Shown in pieces: positions 1 through 13,391 of a stretch of 64,000 nt of DNA. This stretch comes from Felis catus. Its lineage: Eukaryota. Position numbers and translations under genes: made by a program. Within the stretch, counting starts at the first letter, position 1. Each line of letters begins with the position of its first letter. The stretch is from assembly GCF_018350175.1 (NCBI RefSeq), contig NC_058368.1, forward strand, positions 38,194,001 to 38,258,000. Reading direction: 5' to 3'. The notes under the pieces are model-generated. The model saw only the letters and a program-made list of their open reading frames with translations. It searched no databases and was not told the origin of the DNA.

Positions 1-810
1 GATGAGATAGATAAATTCCTAGAAACATATAAACTACCAAAACTGAAACAAGAAATAGAAAACTTGAACAGACTGATAAACAGCAAAGGAACTGCATCAG
101 TATCAAAAAACTCCCAACAAACCAAAGTCCAGGACCAGATGGCTTCACAGGCAAAATCTAAGAAACATTTTAAAGAAGCGTTAATACCTATTCTCAAACC
201 ATATCAAAAAATAGAAAAGAAAGGAAAACTTCTAAATTTTTTCTAGGAGACCAATATTACCCTCCTATCAAAACCAGTTAAAGACACCACTAAAAAACAG
301 AACTATAGGCAAATATCTCTGATGAACATAGATGCAAAAATTCTCAATAAAATACAAGCAAACCAAATCCAATAGTATATTAACAAAAATTGATCATCAC
401 AATCAAGTAGGATTTATTTCTGGTATGCAAGGGTAGTTCAATATTCACAAATCAAATCAATATAATACACGACATTAATAAAAGAATAGATAAAAACCGT
501 ATGATCATTTCACTAGATGCAGGAAAAGCCATTTGACAAAGAACAGCATCCATTCATGATAAAAACCCTCAATAAAGTATGTTTCTAGGGAACACACTTC
601 AGTTTCATAAAGGCCATCTATGAAAAACCCACAGCTAATACCATCTTCAATGGGGAAAAACTGAGAGTTTTTCCTTTAACACTCAGAAACCAAACAGGGA
701 TGTTCACTCTCAACACTTTTATTCAATATAGTACTGGAAGTCCTAGCCACAGAAATCAGACAAAAAAAGAAGTAAGAGGTGTCCAAGTTGGCAAGTAAGA
801 AATTGTAAAA
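1..810 (+). mobile_element. LINE-1 ORF2 fragment (linker/RT N-terminal region), decayed, running off the window start and 3'-truncated before the FADD motif
   Basis: Nucleotide similarity to L1 ORF2 segments encoding [58 protein letters not shown]; multiple stops and frameshifts. Homologous to the reverse complement of about 15400-16200. Confidence 0.93.
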
Positions 811-819
811 GTCTGTATT

Positions 820-3800
820 TTCTAATTCAAGCTAAATTTTTACATTTTATCTGTTGATAATTTTGAATGATGAATTTAAATCTACATTAACCGGGGAATT
901 AAAATTTTCCCTGTGGTTCCATTAGATGTGCTTTTATATTTTTATACATTTCTAGATTATCATATTGGATACATGCAAATTTAGAATTTTTGTTGTATTA
1001 AAACTTTTGATGTTTTGAAGGGCATCATTTTCCTAATAATACCTTTTTTTAAAGTCACTGTTATTTTTTATATATGCATTTTACACACATATTTCCTCAC
1101 TCTTACTTTTAATAAGTCTGGCTGGGTCCTTTGGCTTTAATAGTGTGTCTTTTAAACTGCAAATGGAGTTTTTGTTGTTACCGGTCTCTGTGTTTGAAAA
1201 ATGACTTCATTCACTTTACATATAATTATAATTAATACATTTGCACTTATTTGCAGTCTCTTAATTTGTGCCTTCTGTTTGTACTCTTATTTATTATTTT
1301 TTTATTCTTGCATTGTTCTCCATTTTCAATATTACACTCTCTCTACTAATTTGCAGTAATTATTGCATTTTCTTTTTAATGATTCGCTTTTTTATTTTAC
1401 CTTGTAGGTTTAACAAAGTCTGAAATCAATTAATATTTTAATGCTTTCCTGAATATACAGGAAGGGAGAATTGTAAAAACTGCATCCTAATTTGCATATC
1501 TACTTCCATACTTGCTGAAAGTGGAAATAATAAGGAAATATATGTTAGTAAAATACTTTCGAAAAGTATAAAATTGCTTCAAAATAAAACGCACTGTTAA
1601 TAAAATGCATGCCTTTCAATTTACATATTAATTTACACATTTTTGTTTTTGTCCAATTTATATATCATATCTCTTTTAACCTAATTGATAATATATTTTA
1701 TGCATACAGATCTTTTAGAATTGTTTACATGGTTATCCATTTTCTTTGCTCATAATTTTTCTTTTATGTAAAAAGTATTTCTAGGTTCACTTTTTTCTTC
1801 CAAAAGTACATCTTCTAGAAATTCACTTAGTAAATGACTCTTTCTAAAAACAATTTTTTTAATGTTTATTTAGTTTTGAGAGAGAGAGAGAGAGAGAGAA
1901 AGAGACAGAGTGTGAGCTGGGGAGGAGCAGAGAGAGGGAGACACAGAATCTGAAGCAGGCTCCAGGCTCTGAGCCGTCAGCACAGAGCCCGACGAGGGGT
2001 TCAAACCCACGAACCGTGAGATCATGACCTGAGCTGAAGTCGGATGCTTAACCGACTGAGCCACCCAGGCACCCCTAGTAAATGACTCTTAATGATCATT
2101 TATTTCGTATTTGTACATAAATGTCTTTATTTCACACACAAATGTCTAAGTAAACAGAAAGTTCTGGATTCTGGATTGTCTATCATCACTTTCATCAATG
2201 TAAGGGTACTGTTATTCTCTCTTCTTGTTTCCATTGTTACTTTTGAGAATTCTGTTCATAGATTATTAATAATTTGTAGAACTTTTGTTTTAATCTTTGA
2301 CTTCTGGCAAGAACTTATTTTTGGCTGCAAAGCACCCAAGATTTACCGTAATAATCTATTTGCAGATTTATTTATATTTCATGTTCTACATATTGTGCCT
2401 TCCGTATTTATTTAAGAATTTTTGTCTTCATCAGTTATGGAAAATTTTCAGTTATTTTTCTACAAATGTTGCCTTTTCTACAGTTTCTTTAGTTCTAGGC
2501 ATGGGAGACTTACGGAACTATACTGTATATTGTTATGATCTTCATGTTTTTGACCTTTATACCAAATTTTCCTCGAGGATAATTTCCTCAAATCTACTTT
2601 CTGCTTTACTAATATCCTTTTGGCAGAGTCTAGTCTGCTGTTTAGACTACCTATTGAGTATAATTTTAACAAATTTATTCTTCATTAAAACATTTCTATT
2701 TGTATCTTTCCCTAAGTTTGGCAATTTTGATTTCTTTTTTTCTTGCTCATTTTTTTTCCACATTTTATTTCTTTAAACGTTTCAAACAGTTGTTTTCTGG
2801 ATCTCTTATTGCCAATATCAGAGTTATTTGATTCCTGTTGTTGATTTTGACTTTGTGTATTCTAATTCATATGATCTGGTTTCTTGTATTTCTTGTATTG
2901 TGTTTCTTGTTTTGTAATATTTTATTGAAATACCATATTTTGTTGAGATAAAACTTTCAACACTTGGAAAGTTTCAATTGGAGAAGCTTTCCTCCAGGGC
3001 TAATTTCCATTGGATTTTGCCAGTTGCCAAAGACTACTGCTGACCTGAGACCATTTTATTCCCATCCAAACATCCACGATTTAATTTGGGGGCCGAAGTC
3101 CATGTCCTTCAACTTTGCAGCAGATTAAACTCCAGAGGTGTCAACACTTATACTATCATTTGCTTTTTAGGTGATCTTTTGCATTTATACTATTTATTGT
3201 TTTAGATTCTAGTTTTAAGTCATTGCACCTTTCTAGAAGTCATTTTTAGAAATTTCCCTTAGTTTTGGGGGAAAAAAGTGAAGGATCTCATTGCATTTTA
3301 AGAGTGTATAGTGTAACATATGGCCAAAGCATAGGCCCTAGGTCATGTTTTCTGTTGGCATGTTTAACATTTTTCTTTTTAACATGCTTATATCATTTAT
3401 TTTAATATGGGATACTGACATATTTAGATTTTTATCTCCTAGTAATTTTAACATCCTCATTTCCTTATTTTTATAATGATTTTCATCTATACTGTCTTGT
3501 TTTGGATTGGTTTAACTTTATTTTTAAATATAATTTCATATCCTTCTACTGTTTGGAATTTCTATATCTATATATATCTATATATTCAATATCTCTTATT
3601 ATGGTTATTGTCTTTAAAATGCTAGGATGCCTACTTATTAATGTTTAAAGTTAATTAATGTCTCTACCCCCTTCCCAATTAATTAATTAATTTACTTTGG
3701 CTCTTTATAACTCTGATGAGTTTATCCTATGTTAACAGGTTATTTTTATCTAGAACATGAATATCGGATATTTCTTGTTTTGGCAAGTTGATTTTTGTGA

Positions 3801-4570
3801 TGACTTTTTGTTTCCTCGTGTATGCAGTAATTTGGGATTTTGAGTTAGTGTTTTCTGAGTTTTTACCTATAGAAATTCTTGGGTTTTAATCTAAGTTCTT
3901 TCCCATTAAGAGAATATTCATATTTCAACTTAGTTTATTGCTCTCTACCATTCCAGAACCGCATAGTATTAAGTTTCCAAATTAAGATATCTCAGACTGT
4001 TTAGGCAGATTAGCTTTAAAGTACAAACCTATGTCAGTTTCAGGCCTATGTTTCTGCGCGTGTGGGTGTGTACGGGGGTGTATCTATATCTATTGTATAT
4101 ATTCATGGAAGTCTTTATTTTTCTTTAAGTGAAGACCTGGGAAAGGCAGACAAGCTTGATTTTTGCCTCCCTTTGTCATTTATTGAGATATTTTCTTCTA
4201 TATAATTTTCTGAAATACAGTTTTTCAGAGATCCAGGTTATTGGTTTAGATACAGTCTCAAGTCTAACATCTGCCATTTGTCCAAGGCTTGATCTCTTCT
4301 TTCATCTTGACTGTAAACTTTCAGCCTCTTAAGCTATTGAAATCAGCAAACATTTCCATGAAGGACCATACATTAAACATCATCTGTACATTCTTAGTAT
4401 CTCTCATTCTCTCTCTCCCTCCCTACTTTCTCCTCTCCCTCCCTGGCACTTGGACTTTTAGAAAACAATTATTTCAATATAAACTGTGCACTAAAAATGC
4501 TTATTTAATTTGTGCTATTGTTCTTGGTGTGACTGTTGAAAGATTTTCAACATAGTATGTACACAATATT
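820..4570 (-). mobile_element. Highly decayed ancient L1M/HAL1-like fragments (antisense), interrupted by a CanSINE
   Basis: Long T-rich tract with remnants typical of antisense old L1 ORF1/ORF2-start and HAL1 sequence (e.g. 'ccattgttacttttgagaattctg', 'aaattttcagttattttttctacaaat'). Boundaries approximate. Confidence 0.5.
1843..2075 (-). mobile_element. CanSINE (feline SINEC_Fc-like), full length
   Basis: Reverse complement GGGGTGCCTGGGTGGCTCAGTCGGTTAAGC head, (CT)n tract, A tail; 15-bp TSD tagtaaatgactctt at 1828-1842 and 2076-2090. Confidence 0.97.
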
Positions 4571-4863
4571 GCTAATATTAAGGTTTTTTTGTTTAAACTA
4601 TTAGAGTTTTGTTTTATCATCTATGGCTCTGAGGCTCTAAATACTGAAAAGCTTCCTTTACATGACTGTTATTGGTAATTGAATTTACTCACAGTATGAT
4701 TGTTAATAGGAGTTCAATTTGTTAGAATGTTTGTTGTAGGCAATTCAATTAATTACCAGTTTCAGTAAACAAACTGGTGTAGTGATAATTACTTTACTAC
4801 TTGAGATTTCATTAAGTGTTTTTAGGGTAACTGAATTCTATATAAATGGCCCAACCTCATATT

Positions 4864-5085
4864 GTAAAAAAAAAAAATGTTTGTTTATTTTTAAGAGACA
4901 GAGAGATGGACAGACAGACAGAGTGCCAGTGGGGGAAGGGCAGGGAAAGGGAGACCCAGAATCTGAAGCAGGTTCCAGGCTCTGAGCTGTTAGCACGGAG
5001 CCCCATGCGGGGCTAGAACCCATGGAGTATGAGATTATGACCTGAGCCAAAGTCAGACACTTAACTGAGCCACTCAAGTGCCCCA
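4864..5085 (-). mobile_element. CanSINE
   Basis: tRNA-like head, CT tract, A tail; TSD ccaacctcatatt at 4851-4863 and 5086-5098. Confidence 0.95.
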
Positions 5086-5389
5086 CCAACCTCATATTTT
5101 AAGAAGATAAATTGAGAAATTTTATCTTTTTTTTTGTCCACATATTTATGTAAAAAAATAAAATCTGCTGATTCACTTCTAACCTAAGGAAAATAATTCA
5201 ACAAATTTATGGCATAAAGATTGTGAGATATTCTTTAACCAGCTCTAATACTTTTTTCTTGCATTAAGCTGAAGTGGTCAATGAGGGCAGTGTGCACCTT
5301 ACAACATTTTGAAGAAAGGGTCATTTGAACTGATATAAAATAGAGAAGAGCGTTATTTCAAGAAAGAAAGCAGCCACATCAGTAATTCC

Positions 5390-6680
5390 TTTTTAGTCTT
5401 TACCTACTGGCTCCCACAAAAGCACTTATTATAATTCATCACTTCATTCTTCTAAAAACTTTTTTCTTTTCTTTTTTTCTTTCTTTTTTTTTTTTTTTTT
5501 TTTTTGCTAGATCCTGTGCTTCCCTTTGGCTTCCTTCCTAACTCGTGTCAACTGCTGATTCCTTTCCAACAAAACCACGTGATGTTCAAGGGACTGCCCA
5601 GTTTGATCTTTGAGTTTCTGACCTTAACTGTAACCCTCTCCTCAGTTAATTAGTAAAGAGCTATGGATACAAATGCCATGTATGTGGTTTTTCAAATATC
5701 ATTTTCAAAAATGACTGGAGTGATCTTCGGTGTCTGTTAAACCCCACACTCAACCTTTAACTCCTCTAGTTGTGTTCCTAACTGTGAGTGAATTGTACAA
5801 CCACTGTCCAATATTTCAAGCCAAGCATCTCGGCTTCCTCCCTTCCATTTTCCATCTCTTGCTGTCCTAAAGCAATTTCTTCTGACTGTACATCCAACCT
5901 ACATCTATAATGTGTTCACTTCCTCACCCTCTCCCCTACCATCATCCTAATTCAAGCCACTATTATTTCCCACTTGGAAAACTCTGTAATCGATTTTTGC
6001 TGCTCTTTCTACTTATATTGATATCATGCTATAATCCTCTCTCTTCCCTCATCCCTCCCTCCCTGTTTTTTTGTTTTTGTTTTTGTTTTTGTTTTTTTTT
6101 TGTTTTTTTTTTGTTTTTGTTTTTTTTTTTTTAGCTGCTAGAATAATCTTTCTGAAAACTTAAGTCGTATTAGGTCACTCTCCAAGACTTTTCTTTGTTC
6201 TTGGCATAAAAGCAAGCTGCCTTTACTGTGCCACATAAGGCTTTTCATAAGCCAGTCCCTACATGTACTTCTGCTTGCATTTCATACAGGATTCTGCCAC
6301 CTGGCTATGTTCAACCATTACAGATCTCCATTTATTACGTAGGAAGTATAGATTGAACAAGATATAATACTTCAGCTCTTCTGTTACTCTTGAGAGCTTT
6401 TCTTTCAGATTTTAACATGAGCAACTTGTTAAACTCATTTAGACATCATTTCAACATCTTTTCTGAAAAAATATCCCAGACCATAATCAAAAAGAATCCT
6501 CACCTCTCCTCCTCTCACCTATTTTTTCACCACATCACTGACTTACTATTCTTCATAGAAGCTGTCATTATCTGAAATTATCTAGCCTATGTGTTTATTT
6601 GTGTAGTGACTGAACATTCCCGTTAAAATGTAAGTTCCACAATAGTGGAAAAGTTCTCTATAAGTATTCATCATGAATAA
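5390..6680 (+). mobile_element. LINE-2 (L2) 3' region, decayed, with embedded poly-T/(TTTTTG)n tracts
   Basis: Pyrimidine-rich L2 remnants ('caagccactattatttccc', 'ttaaaatgtaagttccac'). Confidence 0.65.
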
Positions 6681-7650
6681 AAGGTGAAAATAAGAATATC
6701 AGTTTTAAGGGATCATGGCACAAGATTGAGCTAAGTTGCAATACTGAGGCAGCTTATGGTATAAAGATAGAAAGTAAACTGATGTGCGGTTTTCTGGAAA
6801 ATTAGATGGGAGAATTTAGATTTAATGTTGAAGACAATAGGAATGTGTTTTATTTTTTGCCTGAAATTGGGAAAAAAAACCCACAAACACTCACAACTCT
6901 ATTTGGATAATTTACACAAGTTTACTTCCCATGACCTGTGGAATCTGGTTATATAGTGTTAAACATGACCAAAAAATGTATTTAAAAGGATATATAGGCA
7001 GTAAGTATTTATTTATTTATCTTAGAATGTGCCAGATTTTAATTGCATGAGTAAATAAATAGTATAAAAAAGTAAAAATAATTTATCTATGCTTCTGTGA
7101 GGCATTTTTAAAATCACTTTTATGTTTGTCTGTTGAAGGATTTTTTTTTTTTTTTACATTTTTACCTCAAATACATTTAAAGTCAAATAAAGGCAATTTG
7201 GCCTTTAGGGAGTTATAACAGACTCTTGCAATAAAGCAGTTCAACTGTAAAATATACGCTGTTGTATTACCTCCCTGACTTTTCTTTGAAAGTTATCATA
7301 ACATTTTCAACTTTACCAACACAACTACCATTAGGCAATTTCTTATAAAGTTTCAGTTTTAGTAGCTATTTTTAAGAAAGACAGAATTGTTCTGCTTAGC
7401 AATCAGGAGGGAGCTGTGTCTCACACATGGTCAGAACAGACATTTAAACCAATATTTGTGAAGAAAAGGTGATAATAGAATGAATAAGGATAAAGCAAAA
7501 AGAAGACAAAAATGAACCAACAACTTACATAATACATTTTCCAATTGAAGAAATGTTTTTGCCTGTATGTTCAGCTACAAGCAGAAAGATAAAAGATTTA
7601 TATCTGTCTATGATAGATGATAGATAGATATAAAGAGACATGATATTTAA

Positions 7651-7747
7651 ATAATATCTATAGTTATAAATGGTAAATAGTATAAATAGTATAAATAATA
7701 GTATTAATAAATAATAAATAATAGTATAAATAGTATAAATAGTAAAT
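7651..7747. repeat. Degenerate 9-mer (TATAAATAG) tandem array
   Basis: Repeated tataaatag units; flanked by an 11-bp direct repeat atgatatttaa at 7640-7650 and 7748-7758. Confidence 0.8.
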
Positions 7748-8849
7748 ATGATATTTAACTCATCTAATACTTATTGAATTAGCACTTTGCCTTCAAATTT
7801 ATTATTTATTTTAGAAAACAAAGCATATACTCATGAAGAAGAAACGTAAACAACACAGCATGACATTAATGAAGCTGTCAAAAATATAAACAAAAATGTA
7901 AACTTAAAAAATGCATAACTTTATCACAAATAATAGAGTGTCAGAGTTCAAGCTCACATCTTCATTATCTAGTCATTATTATCCAATCCTTACTCACATT
8001 ATTTTACAACTAAAGTTGCAGAGTCACAATGACCATGAGATGCTAACCTTAACAGTCTACACATGCTTGAATAGAAACCAGGCTATTTACAGAAAAGTAT
8101 GAATAAAATAAGGGATTTTCTACATAATAGAAACTATCAAAATTATTTTAGGTAGTTAATATAATGTGCTTACTTTTTTTTTGTTAACAATGGAACGTAT
8201 GTATGCTTACCTCTTTCTATTTATATATGTATTCTACAATGATTTAAACATTAACTTATTATGACTCCGGGTTTAACTTATGAATACCAAGGCAGACTGA
8301 TAGTAAACACAATATTTGGGTAAACTACAAAACTGGGGTTAAATTGTACAGCATGCTCAATTCTTCCTTTCCTAAATATGAAGAGAATACAGACAAGAAT
8401 TTATGATTGATAATATTTTAGGTAGCTGTTAGAAATTTTAATTCCTCAATAATATGGTATTGCTGTTGAACTAATAGAGATCTCCTGTGAAGAGAGAGAT
8501 GTGTACAGATGCATGTGAACCTAATTAAGATTTTAAGTTATCAGAAAATCTTCTTTTTAATTTTTTCAATTTTTTTCATATGAATTCACTCCATTCAGTG
8601 GAAGATAAGCTTTAACTCTGTTATCCTTTCCCATCCCAAACATGCACAAACATGCTTTTTACATTCTTCCAATATACTTATCACCCTTGTTAGTTAAATG
8701 AGTATTTGTTTTTTTATTACTATGCTTAATTAATGGCTGATATACATAGCATATTATTATATATTGTATTATCACTTATTTTTCTGTAATTAATATTTGA
8801 CTTATATATAGTATAAGTATATATATTTATATAATATAAATTGACATCT

Positions 8850-9770
8850 ATCATCTCTTCTTTTTCCACTCATCCACTGATGTACATTTAAATTGTTTCC
8901 ATGTCTTGGCTATTGTGAATAATACTGCAATGAATGTGGGAGTGCGGATATCTAGTTTTAAATTTTTGAGGGACTTCCATACTCTTTTCAATAATGGCTG
9001 GACCAATTTACGTTCCCATAGACAGTGTACCAAGGTTTCCTTTTCTCCACATCCTTGTTGGTATCTGTTATCTCTTGTCTGTTTGATGATAGCCATCTGA
9101 ACATGTGTGATGTGATATCTCATTGTGGTTTTGATTTGCATTTTTCTGATGATGTTGAATACCTTTTTATATGCTTCTTGGCTATTTGTATGTCATCTCT
9201 GGAAAAGTGTCTATTAAGATCCTCTGCCCAGTTTTTAATTAGATTCTTTTTTGGTGATTGAGTTGTACGAGTTCCTTATGTATTTTGGATGTTGACCCTT
9301 ATCAGATATATGGCTTGCAGATATTTTCTCCCATTCCACATATTGCCTTTTCATTTTATTGATTGTTTCTTTTGCTGCTCAGAAGCTTGTTAGTTTGATT
9401 TAGTCCCACTTACTAATTTTTTATGTTCTTGCTTGTGTTTTTGGTGTTATATCCAAAAAACTCATTGCTAAGACCAATGTCAGGGAGCATTCTCCCTATG
9501 TTTTCTTCTAGGAGTTTTATGATTTCTGGTGTTACATTTAAGTCTTTAAATCATTTCAACTTAATTTCTTGTGAGTGGTGTAAGGTAGGATCCAATTTCA
9601 TTCTTTTGCATGTGTATATCCAGTTTTCCCAGCACCATTAATTGAAGAGACTACTCTTTCCCCACTGAGTATTCTTGGCTGTCTCGTCAAATATTAATTG
9701 ACTACATATGCATGGGTTTATTTTTGAATGAATAAATATTCTCAATTCTGTTCCATTGGTCTATGTGTCT
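8850..9770 (-). mobile_element. LINE-1 ORF2 C-terminal fragment
   Basis: ORF 8851-9141 reads [10 protein letters not shown]...[10 protein letters not shown]...LVQPL (ORF2 CCHC region); internal deletions. Confidence 0.93.
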
Positions 9771-10088
9771 TTTTTTTCTTATGATTTTCTTTTTTTTAAT
9801 ATATGAGTATAATAGACACACAATGTTACATTAGTTTCAGGTGTGCAACTTAGTGATTGATAAGTTTGTACATTAGGCTGTTTCCACTGCAATTATAGCT
9901 GCTATTTATCCCTTTACATTGCTATTACGGTATCATTGATTGCATTCCTTATGGTCTGCCCTTTATTTCCATGACTTACTCATTCTATAACTAGAGGTCT
10001 ATCCCCCACTCCTCTTTATCCATTTTGCTTACCCCCTCACCTTCCTCCCCTCTGGCATCCATCAGTTTTTTCTCTGTATTTATAGTTC
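9771..10088 (-). mobile_element. 5'-truncated carnivore-type L1 3' UTR with poly(A)
   Basis: 'ttacattagtttcaggtgtgcaac...tagtgatt' L1 3'-end motif next to a T tract; same family as 18320-18682 and 41015-41400. Confidence 0.85.
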
Positions 10089-10684
10089 TAACTTACCAGA
10101 AAATCTTACACGTTACTGCTGTGTTATCAGAGCACAAGTCGCCACTGGTAAACTAAGGGGAAAGATGTTTTGGGATAGTGCAAAGTTGTAGATCTACATG
10201 ATTCCCCTCCCCAAACCAGTGGAGTTATGTGGTGGTAGATTGGGATACTGTGCGGTGAATTCACATGGTGTGAATACAGTTAACTGAAAATCCCTTTAAA
10301 TTGTTCTTCTAAGATCTTTGTTTATTGTCCTTTACATCTCAACTAGTGGTACTTTGAAAATGGTATCCTACCTGAAATGGTATGATTAAAATAGCTACTT
10401 AATTCCAGAAATAAAATCCATCAAAGTCAGCAGTCACCTGATGTTTCTTAAGATTATCTTTATGAATATTAATAGAAGTTCCTCAATGAAAAATAATAAA
10501 CTATTTTAAATGATAAATGTTTCAGTAATAATAATGATACTCGAAGCCAGTAATAATTATGACTTTGTTGTGTTGGTAGAGCAAAAAGTGGAATTTTTTC
10601 TTCATCAAAGGAAAAGATACAAATAACATAACTAATACTAAAATGTATAATCTGAACAAAATGTTAAAGTTCCCATTAAAAATA

Positions 10685-10709
10685 GTGTGTGTATGTGTGT
10701 GTGTATGTA

Positions 10710-10759
<50 letters not shown>

Positions 10760-10830
10760 TATATATATAGTTATATATATATAGTTATGTATATAGTTAT
10801 ATGTAGTATATAACTATAACAGATATAGTT
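10685..10830. repeat. Compound (GT)n/(TA)n microsatellite
   Basis: Directly visible. Confidence 0.95.
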
Positions 10831-12419
10831 TGCTTTTGTTTTTCTCTACAGAATGTAAATGGACAATCAATGCTACTAAATACTAAATATACATAAATAT
10901 TATTGGATTTCTACCCTAAACTACCATATAAATAGGCACTGCTGACAGAATTCACTGGGGAAGATAACTAAGAATAATGTTTATATGAATAGAAATGTAC
11001 TAATAATGGTTTTGAGAACTCAGAAATCCCATCCCTTTTGGGATGTATCAAGTATGAGAATACATCTCAGTATGTTTTTTAGATATTTATACTAAGTGGT
11101 ACATTGTAAGTAAAACTAAATCCTTCTTGTCAGTAAAATAAATTACAAATTAGACAACTAAAACCTATCTCAATACTCATTTCAGTAATAGCATGGTATT
11201 GTTTGTATATATATATTCATGTATATGTATACATATACATATGTACATACATATGTGTATAGTACTGTAATGAATAATTCAGACTGGATTATGAGTTCCC
11301 TGTTATTGGCTAGGCAGGATACAAATAATTATTTATGTCCTCTTTTACAAAAACTCTACTACAAAGGAATATGAGGCACTATCTAGAGAGAAGGGAAAGA
11401 AGAGATGGATTCTTTTGAAATATTGAATTTCAAAAAAGATCTTGTGAGCAAAAATTGGAAGGAAAGCAACAATAGGCTCTTATTAAATAAAATATGATCT
11501 ACAGAAAAGAAGATAGTATTTTTCAATCTAGAATAGAATCTCAGAATCAATAAAGTCAGGAGTGCCTCTTACAAATTTGATTTGTTTTATTTCCATCTCC
11601 TTTTTTCTGTATTTTCCCCTTGCCTGTGATTTTAATTTTCAGAATTTTTCTCAGGATGCCTTCTCTGCCTCTCATAGAGCGCATATGAAAAAAACAAAAG
11701 TTGACTTCAATGACAAATAACATCCAAATTATTAAAAACCAGATGGGGACTTATCAATTTCCAAAGTTCTATCTTTCCTTGAGAAAGATGTATTATCACA
11801 TTAAATCAAGGCTTTATTATTTGTATTATAATATGTACTGTTTGGTGAATTTAAAATGCATGCCTTATATAAATGTTCCATCCAATTAAACCCAAATATA
11901 TGTTGTTTAAAGATCTACATTTTATATATAAAAAATTTATAAAAACTATACATACATATATATTCATATATAATCTGTGTATGTCTGTATATCTACATTT
12001 TACTTATACATGTATATATTTATACATGTATATATTTATATATATAACATGAATATGTATATATAAATACATATATATATACACACACACACACACACAC
12101 TCATTTCAGAAGGAATATAAATGAAGAGTAGATAAATACATACATGCATGCACAGATACAGATATATTCCAGAAAACACTGTTTTCCCTTACTCTTTCAG
12201 GCAAAAAATAATATGCTGATAGAATCTAAATTACAAGTACACAATATACTAGTTACAGAATCAGACAGTAGAGAAACAGGGTTTGTACATTGTGTTGCAT
12301 ATATCACATTGCATCAGATTTAAGGTCTGAAACTGGATTTAGCCTCCTCTTGCTAAATGACCATTCAACCAAGGAACATTCAAGCAAGTGTCAAAAATTG
12401 GAACTAAAACTGAACAGAG

Positions 12420-12690
12420 TGTAGTGGGCAAGGAACAAACTGGAGCTTAGAAAATGTAGGTTTAAATTGTAGAAAATTCACTGAGGATATTTATGGAACA
12501 TTAGCATTTATTTGTTGAATACCTACTGCATAGCCTTTGATCTTGGGCAATTTAACTGAGTTTTATGTGTCATGCTTCCTTTTTAAAATGTGAGCCTCAT
12601 GTTGAGGCTCAGGTTTTTATTTTTGGATTATTAGAAACTCTTCTTTCCTGAGAGGGGAAATTGATTGATCTAAATGTACCCTGGGTATTT
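12420..12690 (+). mobile_element. MIR/MIR3 fragment
   Basis: Core-like 'tgatcttgggcaatttaact...ttcctttttaaaatg'. Confidence 0.5.
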
Positions 12691-13077
12691 TCAGACACTG
12701 TACCGATTATGACAGACATCACTTTTCCAATATAAGAAAACTGTGCCCTATTTGTGAGTTGTAACTGATAGACTTTTCTGTCGTGAATCTAATTCTTATT
12801 TTGAAGGCCACTGAGAGTATCATGCTTAGACTTGGTATTTTAAAGCCATTGTAAGAATTCTGCTTAAGACAATGCCATCTAGGATCAGTTAAGTTGGAAA
12901 TAATACATCATATGTCTTTGCAGTAAAGGTGAGATATTCCAGTGATTCTTCCTCTGGGCTGTCAGTTTTATAATCACCTCCAAGGGGATTACACACCCCA
13001 TTAACAGGTAATATGTATTCAGCGGTATAGTGTGTATTAATTATAACCATATACTATAGTATTCCATGAATTATCTT

Positions 13078-13262
13078 TAATTTTTTTAACATTTATTTAT
13101 TTCTGAGAGTGAGAGAGACAGAGTGTGAGCAGGAGAGGGGGAGAGGGAAAGAGGGAGACATAGAATCTGAAGTAGCTCCAGGCTCTGAGCTGTCAACACA
13201 GAGCCCGACTTGGGGCTCGAACCCACGGACCGTGAGATCATGACCTGAGCCGAAGTTGGACA
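13078..13262 (-). mobile_element. CanSINE, 5' end missing and replaced by a filler
   Basis: SINE body and tail; TSD attccatgaattatctt at 13061-13077 and 13294-13310. Confidence 0.93.
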
Positions 13263-13391
13263 TTATGGATGCACCATGAATACATCTCAGATAATTCCAT
13301 GAATTATCTTGAACACATTTCAGGGTTAGTCAATATTGAGCTAGCTTGAGCACTTCAAAATGTGTGACTTTTAAATAGTGTATTGGGAGGA

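Noticed and set aside
2092..2776. Hydrophobic 107-aa and 159-aa ORFs as membrane proteins
   Set aside because: F/L/I bias comes from T-rich antisense L1-like DNA.
8205..8400. Minus-strand exon-like splice pair (acceptor near 8372, donor GAG/GTAAGC near 8211)
   Set aside because: AT-rich, stop-laden, and expected by chance in 64 kb.
12591..12611. Perfect 9-bp hairpin tgagcctca-tgt-tgaggctca
   Set aside because: Short, inside a decayed MIR, and with no supporting context.
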